Origin: Dimorphilus gyrociliatus
Taxonomy: Eukaryota; Animalia; Annelida
Length of the DNA: 64,000 bases
Assembly (NCBI GenBank): GCA_904063045.1
Contig: CAJFCJ010000001.1
Coordinates: forward strand, 2,356,001 to 2,420,000
Direction: 5' to 3'
Numbering within the stretch: the stretch's first letter is position 1; each line of letters begins with the position of its first letter. The notes under the pieces are model-generated. The model did no database searches. It saw only the letters and a list, made by a program, of their open reading frames with translations, and was not told the DNA's origin. Positions 11,426 through 23,680 of the stretch are shown here, in pieces. The position numbers and the translations under genes are program-made.

Positions 11426-13498
11426 GTAAAAGACTAGCGAAACAACTAAAGCCATAGACAGTAGAAAAAAGGGGAAAAATGCGTTTATGGAAAAAGATGA
11501 AAAGTAAAAAATAAAAAAAAAAGAATTAGAAAAATCATTTCGTATTCAAATACGAAAAAAAAGGAAAACTCTGCAAGTTAAGGTTTTTAAAAGAACAAAT
11601 TCAAATATTGAATTATGAATTATACTAAAAAATATTCTATTTGGCAATGATTCTTTTACAGAAGCTGTGCATATCTGGCTCCGTCCGTCAAAAACACCTT
11701 TCTATCGGCTGTTATTTCAATATACATATGTGGCAATTGTAGGCAACCAGCTCCTCGATGGCATTCGTCTTTGCAACACATCCAATGACCTTTCACCAGC
11801 GCTCTATAATGAACTCTGCAGGTCGTCGCTTTACTGTTGTCAAACTCAGTTCGACAAAATATACAATAGTTTAACTTTTGTTGATGTTTTCCTGTTGTTG
11901 GCCTACACGACGGTTCGATTGAAGGCAGTCTAAGGGCACCCGCAATTTTTGCTTGGACAACAGTCGACTCGGCCGCAACAAGTGTTGGTTTAGCAACAGT
12001 TTGTCTCTTCATCCTTCTCATCGTCATCTCTTGTTGCCTCATATAGAATTCAATATGTTCCTTTTCTCGAACGATGGCATTTAGTTTCTCTTCAGCGGCC
12101 AGTCTACTTTCCTTAACTTTGTTTAGTTCTTGTTTGAGCTTGTCCAGATCGCTTTTCTGCATGGTTCCGTTTTGCAGTAATTCTTGAATTCGTCTCTCGA
12201 CACTTTCATTGTCGGAATCGGGAGGCAAGCCCAACATTTCTCTGTATTTTAGTTCTTTTTTTTGGAGGTGATTGAAAGCGCTCTGAGCATCTTTGGCTGT
12301 TTTTGTGGAAAGTATAAAGGAAGCGGTTTAGTTGCGTGAATCTAGCATAGAAAATGAGTGGGTGGGTTATGTAATACAAGTACCTTTAACGTCTAATTCC
12401 TGCACTTCCGTGCGAAGAGATTCAATCTTTTCCTGAGCTTCAAAAAGGGCAGACTTCATGTCTAAAATTGCAGCATCTCGTTCGGCAGCAACACTCCTCG
12501 GAGTTTTGCCATCGTGAATTGCTTGAAGATTGGTAATAATGTTCAAATACTCTTGATTTACATTCATTAAAGTGTCGTACTCTTGTTGAATGTCATTCAT
12601 AATGTTTTTCAATCTCTCGTATTCTTTGTCCTTCTTCTTGATGGCGTCCTCTTTTTGTTTGATGAGAGCGTGCAACTCGCCGAAGCTCTCTTCCGACGAG
12701 ACCGACATTGAACGTTCTTCAGAGTCCGGCCTCGATATTGGGGGTAGAGTAGGATGGGCAGGAGAGGGGTTGACAAGAGAAGCTGCTCGTAGACTCCGCT
12801 GAAGATTTAATATTTTTTCTTGTAAGGTGGAAACGTCGTCGTGATAGACTTCTTTCAATACAACTTTGGTAGCAACTTCCTTAACTATTTTATGGGGAAC
12901 CGATATGTTGTTTAAACAGGTTTCCAGGTAGGATAAAGTTCGTTTATCGGGTAGGACGACCTCCGATGCTGTTGATTTACTTCTTAGCATGGAAGAGACG
13001 GTACTTGCTCCGTATTGTTCGAGAATTGTTATGAATTTCGTCCAGCTTCTGTTGTCCTTTTTACGAATGAAGCAAATGAGTAGTATGCATTTTCCGGCTG
13101 TAGTATCGTCTTGAATAATTTGATTGGATTCTTCGTGGGTAAGAACGGCTTCCTTTCTGAGAGCTTCAATCATTTCGTTATTGGGCGTCAAATGAGACAT
13201 AATAAACGGCGTCGATTGCGTTAATAATTTCTTTTTTACATGATCCATGCTAGTTGACTACTAATGCCTAATAATATTGATTTATACGCTAGCAATTCCA
13301 TAGCGCCCGTTCAATAAGACCGTTATGGATTATTCTCAGTATAAACAAGAAAAATGCATAACCTATTTTGAAATGTTTGAATATTTCCTTTCTTTTAGTC
13401 ATTTGTCTTCAACATTTCGTCTTTAACTTTCATTAACAATATCTTTCAAATATTTTCGGTCAACTGAATGACAACTGCAATGTCATTGTTTCTTTGAA
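11426..13498 (-). repeat. Right arm of the 2,073-bp inverted repeat (partner 3766-5838)
   Basis: Reverse complement of 3766-5838 with one substitution. Confidence 0.97.
11656..13248 (-). CDS. CARD-like + coiled coil + Zn-finger-like protein, copy 2; exons 13248-12384 and 12296-11656; protein identical to copy 1
   Basis: Mirror image of 4016-5608; ORF translations are identical. Confidence 0.75.
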
Positions 13499-14254
13499 AG
13501 TAAGCATATTCAAGTCAGTATATATAGGGGAAAATTTCACCAATTGCTATTGTATATTTTGTTTAACGATACTTTACAAGATGCAGTAGAGGAGTATCTA
13601 AAGAAAAATTGTATATGGCGATTAGAGTCGAAGTCTAAAGTTTGAAATCATTTCAACTTTGTTCAAATCATTGAAGCATTGTTTGGCAAATGCCAACTAT
13701 CCTTTTTTGAAATTAAGTGGTAGCTTATACAATGTTTAATGTAATTACAGACTTTATTTCAATATTTTGAACAAATAGTACAATTGCTCTGTTTATTCTC
13801 GTTAATTGATAAATAATTATGTTAACTATATTAAAGTTTTTTTTTCCTTTCATTTAAATGCATTACATTATTTGTCTTTTTTTCTGGTTTCTTTTGTGAC
13901 CTGAAAATCTCTTTGTTATATATAATTTCAATATAACTCTGAAGAGTAATAAAAACTTTAAGAGACGTTTAATTTAGAAACTTGGACCATCAGAAAGTAG
14001 AGTTAATGTTAATAGAGATTAGTTAATTGCCTGAAATTTATCTGTGAAACAGTCTCCAAAAGAGTTAAATTACTTAATATTATAGCTTGTTAACATACTT
14101 TATTTATTTCTATTAGATTGTTTTCTGAAACTTTCTGACTAATTAATTTAATAATACTGAAAGATGAATAATGTACAGTATACTGTAGATGAGATTAAGT
14201 AGGTTGTCCTTTGTTCTAAGTTGTAACCAATCTGTATGAGGGGTTTATTAACAG

Positions 14255-14407
14255 GAAATAGCTATTGTAATTTTGTACGAAGAAACTGATTATAAGTTTT
14301 ATTGGCTTAATGGTTTTATGATGTATCCCAAAGAAAATGGATATTTTTCTTTATTGAAAGTTGGTTTTCCAGAACAGGAAATAGAATCTGTTGTATTTAA
14401 TGTGTAA
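14255..14407 (+). other. Isolated open exon-like segment weakly resembling a beta/gamma-crystallin motif
   Basis: An acceptor (ttattaacag) precedes 50 open codons, EIAIVILYEETDYK...YFSLLKVGFPEQEIESVVFNV. No convincing upstream exon found. Confidence 0.2.
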
Positions 14408-14812
14408 TGTATTTAAGAAACTAAATGAACTAATAAATATATTGTTATGTATACAAATTTAGTTGACGATATAAAACGGAAACAGGAAACAGGATCTAAT
14501 TTGTTCTCAAATATTTATAAAACAATAAGAAAATCACATAATTACATAACTTGATACTTGAAAGAATTGTATTTTTTCATTAATCTTCCTCCTCTCTCTC
14601 TCTCTCTCTTTTCTTTTTCCCGATGTAGTGTATACCATAGCATATATTAAAACTTTATGATTAATAGTATTAATGATAAAGAGAATATATATCACTTTAC
14701 ATATACTTAATATAATAATTCCTTAACAATAGATGTTGGCAAGGTAACGAAAGCTTTTAATTTAATTATATCAATAAACACTTAAAAATAAGGTAGAGTT
14801 GTCCTAGATAGT

Positions 14813-15401
14813 TCAATACAGAAAATTATTCTTGATCAAAATTATACTAGTAACACCAAAACTAGCATCCAATAGCGATAGGAGAATTACGGCAAATTTC
14901 CACATCATTTCAATATTTTCAAGCTCGTTGTCATAGAATATATTGACAGAGTAGAATGTGATTTGAAAGAGGATAACTGGAAAATATGCGCAGGAAGAGA
15001 TAATGAGGAAGCCTTTTCTCTTTAATATATTATAAAATTATTATATAAATATTGCGTGATGTATAAATATACAAACCCATTTAAATGATTTTATCGTCAT
15101 AAGTATTTGACAAATCAAAGATAAAATAATAATTGTTAGGAAACAGGGTATTATATACATAACAAGACCCTTCTTTGCCCGAAAAACTGTACACATATTC
15201 AGCCAAATCATTGAAAATATAAGGAAAGTTCTAATGGTAATATTTCTTGATACTTCAATTTTTACTAAATTCTTTGCGAAATAAGGGATGAGCAACTGCT
15301 TCCAGTCATATAATTATATATATATATATATATTCCAATTCAATTGGATAAATAACTCTTACCGGATTACGATCAGACCCACAATTAAAGATGTTAGCCA
15401 T
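14813..15401 (-). CDS. Four-TM protein resembling TM3(end)-TM7 of a divergent rhodopsin-family GPCR; exons 15401-15363, 15295-15077, 15019-14813, ~154 aa; possibly truncated or a pseudogene
   Basis: Two phase-0 GT-AG introns join three open exons. Motif order: SDRN..LLIPYF (DRY-like), MIWL (TM4 Trp), YIIPCFL (TM5 Pro), SCAYFP (TM6 CWxP-like). Confidence 0.45.
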
Positions 15402-17130
15402 CTTCTTATTTCAAATATCTGTATAAGAGTTAATCCATCCCTTTTATAGTTTTAAGCTTATTCTTTGTGAAGTTTTGTATCGAATGTTACTTTGTCAATG
15501 TCTATTCTTATCTACAGTAATTTGATACTCTATTTTCGCAAAGAACTTGTGACAAATCACTTTTTATTTCATTTTTTTTAGACTATAAACCATTATATTT
15601 AAATGTATTCTATAAACAATAATACATAGTTCTTATTATTCATTTTACTAGTATATTTAAAAAATTAATGTTTACAAAAGTTATAAACGATACAAACGCC
15701 ATCTATTTTTTTACATTGATTCAATTAAAGAACGTAAATTGTAAATACGTCTCATAACGGTTCAAAAATATGGAAATGATTAATTAAATATATACAAATG
15801 TATATTGCTATTGGCAAAAAAGAGAAACAAAAAAGAGGTTAGGTATTATAATCTAAACATTGATAAGAACTTATATAATAAAATAGCTTTATACAACTTT
15901 TCATCTTTTACGACTCATATTTCCCCAAGTTTTTGATTTCAAATGAATAATATAAGAAATAACTACTAAAGCCTTTATTCTACAGTATACAATATTAGGT
16001 GATGTGCCAATAAAAACCATATTATGGCAAATATCAATACCTTCCATTCATTTTATTTCCAACTGTAAAATGTGCACTTGAAAAAGTTTTATTTTAACAT
16101 ACAACCAACCGGCAGAGTGACATATTTAATTAAATTGTTTAATTATTATTATTATTAATTCAAAAAGTTATCTTTAAAGCATTTAGGAAGTAAATAATTG
16201 TGATCAGGAAGAGTTTTTTAGATATATATATTATATTCTTTTTAAAAGTGAAATTGAACAATCTGTTTTAATTATTTCTAATAGATTCATATAAAAGAAA
16301 GACTATAGATGATTATTATTCAAAAGAAAGAGGAAATAGTATTCTATAAACAAGTGCATTCATACAATGGAAAATATTTTATTATATTTGCTAGGAAATT
16401 TTAAGTCTTCAAGGATGCAAATATTCAACAGTATGATAAGATAAGGAGTTATCAGATTTTTATAAGCATTTTATCTCATTAAAAGCTCCAAGTAAATACT
16501 ATTTATATACAGTACGTATGTAAAATTGAATTAAAGTAAAAGGTCTCTTTGTATTAAATGTTATATTTTAACAAATTGTAATCTTGAATTAAGATATAAA
16601 AGCTACAAGTTTATTGAATATATACTGTATATATATATATATATATGCTTCTACTATTTATATAAACTGTAATAGTTGTTTATTTGCATATTTTTGTTAT
16701 TATTTGTTTATAAACCTACATGTATTAAGACGTGTATATAAATATATATAAACAGTATATACAAAATTTATATAAAGTGCACTTCAATTGCAATTAATAT
16801 AGGCTTCATGTCATCTTGCCCAATGCCAACTACTGTCAAGACTTTTATCTAAATTTTTCAGGCCAATCTCCGTGCGATATCGGCCTGATTTTTTGATAAA
16901 AGTAGAAGGTAATCAATTTCTACTGTGCAGTTGAATGCTATGATAATTACATTATTATCGTTTATTAACCATCAATGAAATTCTAAACAATTAACGGAAT
17001 AATTTATTCGTTTACTGAAATTTCATCAACGCATCATCGAAAAAAGACGAAAAGGCAAAAAGAAAGACGCAGAAAGAGAAGAAATCACTCGATGAATGAT
17101 CATTCGATACTCATATAAGAAACTATCGAA

Positions 17131-19784
17131 ATGTCTAATTTGTATGTAAAAAAGAATTCAGCATTGGAATTATTTCTTTTAAGATATAATGCAAAATATT
17201 ACAAAGAGATCATAACAACAGAAAGCTGTATTATTGATAATGGAAGCTCTCATAAGCATAAATTTGTTATTCTTGCTCCAAATTCAATAGATTTTACAGA
17301 TAAGCCACCAACGAAGTTACAAACTGGTATTCATTTTTCAATCATTCATTCAATTAAATTAGTAAGTATATAGTATTATTTGTATTTTAATTTCTAAATA
17401 AAGTATTAATATTAATCATTAATTAATTAATTGATAAGAAACTAAACAAAATTGGATATAATGTTTTGTTATCAGAAGTTTCAAAATGATCGTAACTAGG
17501 ACATAACGGTCCATTCTGTAATTTATTACTAAAAAAAACAATGTATTTGCATAAATATTACCGAGTTAATACTGTTTTGTTATATGTTTTTATTTTGTCT
17601 ACCCTATTTATACAATTTGGCATGTTTATGTCTTTTTTTATTAATGTATATAAGGATTAGAGTATATGTTTACAATAACAAACGGCCGTAAGTCTCTTAC
17701 TAATTTAGATTGGTCTAAACAGCTCTTTTTTTTGGTTTTCTACAATCTTTACCATCATCATTAAACAAAATTCTATAAATATAATATTAATATATGAAAT
17801 GAACACTCCTTTGTTCTTATCTTTTAGTTTCCTGCTTTTATATATTTCTCTCAATAACAGTCCGATGAGCTACCGTCATTTCTATCTGGTCATGATCGTT
17901 TGAATGTTCAACATATCATAATAGAATATAGAGACGGTATTGAAGAATCACAACAGGGAAATTCACTTCAGTCATTAGCGTCAACAATATCTACTAAATC
18001 TACTTCGTCGTTAGCATCCTCGTTATCATCATCGTCGTCCTCGTCATCTTCGTCAACGTCTTCAAAACATTCGTCAAAAGGACCGACAAAAAAATCTTTT
18101 TTTAACTTTAAAGCCAAGCCCAGTAAAAATAAATTGGAATTGCTCTCTTCAAATGATATTGACAGCAAAGCAAAACAAAGTTCTAAATCATCTATATCTT
18201 GGTATGACTCATATTGAATTGGTTGTTTAATGATTCATAACTAATGACGAAAATATTTTACAGCCTTAAAAACTTCACTTTAAAGAGAAAAGACATTTAC
18301 ATTTTAAGGCAGTCATCAACCATTTATATGTTAATTAAATCAGCAATAAATAATTATAAACTTGTAAGTATTGATTTCAGTGTTTAGAGTTTCACCCTAT
18401 AATTATTCCTTAACTCTTTTACTTGAAAAGCGTTCCACCTTATCCCTTCATACAACTGTAAATAATCACTTACAAGATAATAATAAACATTCAATGTAAG
18501 CGTCTTTTAATGAAGAAGATTGGATAAGATAATCCAAAGATATATTTATATATATTTGTTGCTTTCTATCTTAATTACAGGAACCACAAAAGCTATTTTA
18601 CACTTGAAAATGAGATTTTAAATCATCAATGTTCATATGTCAATCATTCTAATGATATATATCATTCAATAAAACAGCTATATATAGCTTCTCTTGGAGA
18701 TTTTAATGCAAAAAAACATTTCTGGAAGGTATTTTTACAATGTTTATTTATACTACACAATATAATCATATTCTTTCATATCAAAACTTTCAGAATCCTA
18801 GTCTTTTTCGTCAATTATCATCTATATTATATTTTACAACGTTCAATAATAACTTGGAAAATCACTTTAAATCCAGTTTCAAACTGATGTGTGCAATTAT
18901 TAGAACGTTAATAAGTATGCTAACAGAAACTGAAGCAGTTGAAAATATTCAAACGATATTGGAAATTAATCAGGGAAGAACTTTAAAGAAATTGATTTAT
19001 GTAAGTTGTTTATATTATTACAAGGTAATATTGGAATTCATATATCTATAGGTCTTAATTGAAAGTCATCCAGAACTTCTTGTAAAACTGGAATCTCAGA
19101 ATCAAAAGGTTACTATTTCAATATCTTGAAAAATATTACTATTCAATAAACAATTTCTCTCATAGTTATTCCATGTTTACAATGAATATTTCGATTTGAC
19201 CGTCATTCTATTAGACAAGCTAATTGTTGTTATTGAACAAACAACATGGGTTATAAAAGAGAATGCTATCCTTAGCTCTGTTTGGATAATTGAATATGCT
19301 AAATCCTTACTTAGTTTGGTTTGTCATCTTTAATACTTATATTAAACTTTCTTTATGAGAATTTTTCACTTACATTAGGATGGATATATTGAAACTATTA
19401 CTAAGAGTATAATTGATACTTTTAAGCCAAATTCAACAATTCACTTGAATCCTGAATGTTCGATTATACTCTACCATCAAGTAAAAGTACTTAAGAGACT
19501 GATTCAGGAAGTTGATGGAGTTAAAGAAACTTTAAGAAGTCAATTCTATGAAGAATTTTTGTAAGTTTATCATCAGTTATGAATAAATTTGCATATAATT
19601 GAAATTCTTCAATTACAGATATTATTTAACAGTTTCATCCATTAATAATAAAGATATGACATGCGATCCAATCAGAGAAATAATACTTAAAACCTTAGAG
19701 CATATTATCAAAGAAATTACTCAGAGGCCATTTTCTCTTCAAACTACTAAGCAATCTATAAATTTATCCGATTCGTCGTCCTAA
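17131..19784 (+). CDS. C12orf56: C12orf56 (DUF4551-type) homologue, multi-exon
   Basis: N-terminus KKNSALELFL...ESCII...KFVIL....FTDKPP..L and next exon DELPSFLSGHDRLNVQHIIIEY match my recollection of vertebrate C12orf56 (RRNSRLDVFL...EPCIV...KYVVL...LTENPP; DDYPEFLSSPDREISQHIRIIY). Ser-rich insert; C-terminal EEF.YY. Confidence 0.75.
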
Positions 19785-20001
19785 TTTTAATTAATTATTA
19801 CTGGCAGAAAGAAGCAAGGTAGCGCTCGTATGTTTTTGAGATTGATGAATATATTTACAAACTATATATTAATTTATTAAATATATTTATATTCGACCGA
19901 ATATTATTTGAGATTATATGAATATTACATAACTCACTACAATTACAAAATTTTTATTTCGTACACTTTTTATGAAGCTTTATCCTTTTCTTCCTTTCTT
20001 T

Positions 20002-20936
20002 TTACATATAGTCGTTGTGATGCGAGCTATTAGAGTCTTCATAATAGTAGTATGGTGCCCTCTGGTGGTCTTGTGTATAGTTTGTAGGGGTTCGAATGGT
20101 CTTTCTGTTTGTTATCTGACTAGGAGTTCTGCTTGCTATTGTTTTTGTCATATATTTCGTTTTAGTCTTTTTGTTGTTACTAAATTAAAAGAATGGAAAC
20201 TTTAAATGTTTATAAAAATTAAAATAAATCGTAATTTCATTGAAGAAATTAACCTTTTACAAACCACAATGCAAATTGTTACTATAATTATGGTTACAAC
20301 TCCTGATGACGTAGCAACTGCGATTATGATAAGATCTTCCATAGCACTTTTTTTCACTTTACTCTTCTCTGTCGGTTTACTTGTTACAATATCATCTGGA
20401 GAATCGGTGAGATTGTCAATTGATGTGGATCTACAGAGGCGAAAAAGAGAAAAACCTATATTTTTAATATTCTGTATAGTGTAAATATCATACTAACGTT
20501 AAGCCTTTACTTGAACAGCATTTACCGATATTTTTCGGGACACATTCTCTTTTTTCATAGTCGAAATATTCATTTAAATCACAACTTTCTTTAACGTAAT
20601 CATCATCCCCAACGCATAGATGATAGCCCTGACACACGAATTGATCAGCATATTTTCTATTCTTGATGCAAGGTTTCTCAAGATCGCAAATCGTTGAAGT
20701 ATTATACACCCTTTTGGGAAATAAACCTTTACAATCGGCAGCCCAAGACCTAGGATCCGAATCGCATTTTTTCTGTCTATAATTATAGTATTGTTTATGG
20801 TCCGGGCATAAATTACACTTTAATTCTCCCCCAACACAAGTAGCATATCCCCCATAGATTTCTTGAATAGCATACTTTTCTCCATCGACACAAGGAAGCG
20901 TAACCTTTTCACAATATTTTATCGACTTATCGCAAA
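20002..20936 (-). CDS. Type-I membrane protein with two chitin-binding peritrophin-A (CBM14)-like domains, Ser/Thr stalk, TM helix and Tyr-rich tail; exons ~20936-20498, 20430-20254, 20179-20002; 5' end not resolved
   Basis: Continuous Cys-rich frame (two C..C..CP/CD...Y(F).Y....C units). Two phase-2 GT-AG introns (67 and 74 bp) join it to the TM exon (LIIIAVATSSGVVTIIIVTICIVVC) and the tail exon. No in-frame ATG or signal exon identified. Confidence 0.7.
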
Positions 20937-21920
20937 CTGCAATTATTTTTTCAATAATGATTCATGTTTATCTTATTGGCTTGATTTCTATATTTTGAAT
21001 AATTAAACGCCTATCCAGTTCAATTTTTACCTTTATCAACAAATATTACAGACAGTTATAAAAAACACCCCACTCAAAATGCAAATAAATCCTCTTATTC
21101 TTAATTTAGAGGAAGTTTACACGCATTAAATATTTCTATATGATATATTCGCTATTTTAGACGCCTATGACGTTTTTCGAATATATTTCAATATTTCAAT
21201 ATCCGGTTCGTTAAAAATAGAATTTCTTTTAAAGTTAAAACTTTAACATTAAAGAGGGAATTAAACTGGATAATTATAACATTTTAAAAGTTTCAATAAA
21301 AGAGACGCTGATATAAGATCGATTATAAAAAAAAAAATTGGTGATCAATCAAGACAGAAGCGTAAAGTAAGCGTATAAAATTAAGTTATAATTTGTTGCT
21401 CTTAATACTATAGTAGTTTAATATTGATCTTATAGAAGTTTCGATTTTATATCAAATAAAAATAGGTAAAAAATTGATTATACTCTTTAAATCTCACGAA
21501 ATCAAGTCGTAAAAGTTCCCTTATTTACAAAATAACAAAACTTTAAACATAGTCAGCATTTTGAAATGAGAAAAATTAGAAATTCTTTATTTGGCGAATA
21601 AAGAGATAAGAGAGAAAAGAAAAAAAGTAGTCAAGTAAGAAATTATAAGTGTTTTTATTAAAAGAAATGGACTATATAAGAGAATTTAAGAATTATATAA
21701 AGAAGAGAAAGACTTAAATTAAAAACCATATAACTTACTAAAAACTGCCAGTAGCATATCTATTAAAATGGGTAAAAAGTAAAAGAACTTCATATTTCAA
21801 TAGATGATAGGATCTAAATATTAGTAATAAAGACAGATAGAAGGATCAAATAGGGTGTGTGTGTGTATGTATTCCGTTTTGTAATAATCTACATATAAAT
21901 ATGTTTGCTTATGACTTAAT

Positions 21921-23680
21921 TTAGGGTAAAAATTTTCTTTGAACACATTTTTTAGAACTTTTAGCAAAATATCCAAATCTTCCGGTAAACAGAACAAAAT
22001 ATTCAATAAATAGGGCAAGTATAGCGGCTAATATTCCAATTGACATCATATAGAATAAACCTTGAAAGTGGTGTAATTTAGCTGAAGTTGGAACGTCTCT
22101 ACTGTTTCTTAATAATGAGCACACGTCTTTTGGATAATATTTCTTAAACCATTTTCTTATAAGACCATTTTCTGTCATTTGTAGAATTCGCTCATCGAAA
22201 TAGGTTTGCAACGAAGAATTTTCAGGTATGACAAAGCCAAAGGAAGACGGAAAGAATTTCTCTTTTCCAATTGCAAGTGTACAATCGCTATAAACTTGCT
22301 TAATAACTCCTGACGTTTCTCCTATATATATGTACTTTTCAGCTCTTACTCTATCAACTCCTGCTGAATGAGAGGACACACGATTATCCCTTTCGCCAAT
22401 TGAATTGGTCATCATATGTTTATAAACACCATAAGCTGATCCTTGGAAGAGTAGATGTAATGCACTTCCATCCATCACCCCGTAGCGGTAGATACTTTGC
22501 TGCGATAATTCCGCTAAGGTCGATATAGGAGGTGTTTGTTTCGGAATAGCTATATAAGCCGTTAAATTCCCAGTGTATAGGGCTAATATTATTATTGAAA
22601 ATAGCCAACAACTGTTAATAATTAACCTCGACGGTATTGCTTTTGGAATATCTTTTCTACCTAGTTGAATCAGGTGAATATAGAATATCATCAACTATTC
22701 TTGCTCATAAATAAACTTAAATTGTTACCTTGTTGCAATAACGAACTAACAATTAAGCTGAAAGCTCTAGTAAAAGAACGGAGCGTGCATAATTTTCTTG
22801 ACCATTTGACAGTTAATCCAAGGAAAAACGCCGTAAATGGTAAAAGAGCAAAAATACTTAACCAAATTGGCCATTGAAAAGGTGTTAAAAAGAATGTAGA
22901 ATTATCCGGTTCAGGTAATTTCATTACCATAACAGAATCCTCTTGCCAAAATGGCTTAGTAAAATCAATAACAGTATCTCTTGCTTCTCCAATTGTGAAT
23001 TTTCCAGCTGCAAAATCCGCTGCCTGATATAACAATAAAAAAGTTGAAATATCAATAATCCCTCTTTTATTAAATACATACTGTATATTTATATATATAG
23101 CTATATATTAATAAAGAAATCCTATTTATTACTATTTTATTATATATATATATATGTCTTATTGTATATTATAAACTACTTACACCATCTTTAACCATTC
23201 TAACCATTCCTGTCCATTGCCCATTTTCGTCAATATTTCCCCACTTCCTGTCTGCTGGTTCAACAATATGATAGCTGTTTAAATAGACAAAGTACAAAGT
23301 GTATAAGCAATGAAGAAATAAAGACTTGTTTTCTTTTTAAAAGAGAAATAAAAAGCACAAGAGAAAAGGAAATCATGAATAAAAAGCTAAGAAGTGAAAT
23401 AACAAAGTGAAATACTATTTTAATTATAAAATACTTACGTAAAATTCATACTCTTTGCTAGTAAATTCAATATTTCTATACATATTCCTTGCCATATAGT
23501 TTGATTGCGAACAATAACTTTTTCATGAAAAATACCCAACTGCATGCAAAAGAAAAAGCTTGTCAAGCTCTCTTACGAAACAACTTCTATAAATTAGAAA
23601 ATGAAGATACTTACTGATAAGAGAGCTACCGTAAAGTTATAACCATTGAAAGGTTGGCAGCTTTCACTTATTCCATTCAT
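21921..23680 (-). CDS. Ionotropic glutamate receptor-family variant (IR-like, no amino-terminal domain), multi-exon
   Basis: S1 exons (WQGICIEILNLLAKSMNFT; KWGNIDENGQWTGMV; ADFAAGKFTIGEARDTVIDFTKPF); M1; pore LLQQG; M3 LYTGNLTAYI; S2 (FFPSSFGF); M4. Candidate start MNGISESC at 23680. Confidence 0.85.

Noticed and set aside
3766-13498. Foldback or composite transposon interpretation of the inverted repeat
   Set aside because: No transposase, no internal tandem subrepeats and no target-site duplication. The arms consist of an intron-containing host-type gene and fade into degraded homology.
17968-18168. Acidic D/E-rich minus-strand ORF
   Set aside because: Antisense shadow of the Ser-rich insert of C12orf56.
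19972-20484. Hydrophobic plus-strand ORFs 19972-20205 and 20206-20484
   Set aside because: Shadows of the minus-strand TM and tail exons of the CBM14 gene.
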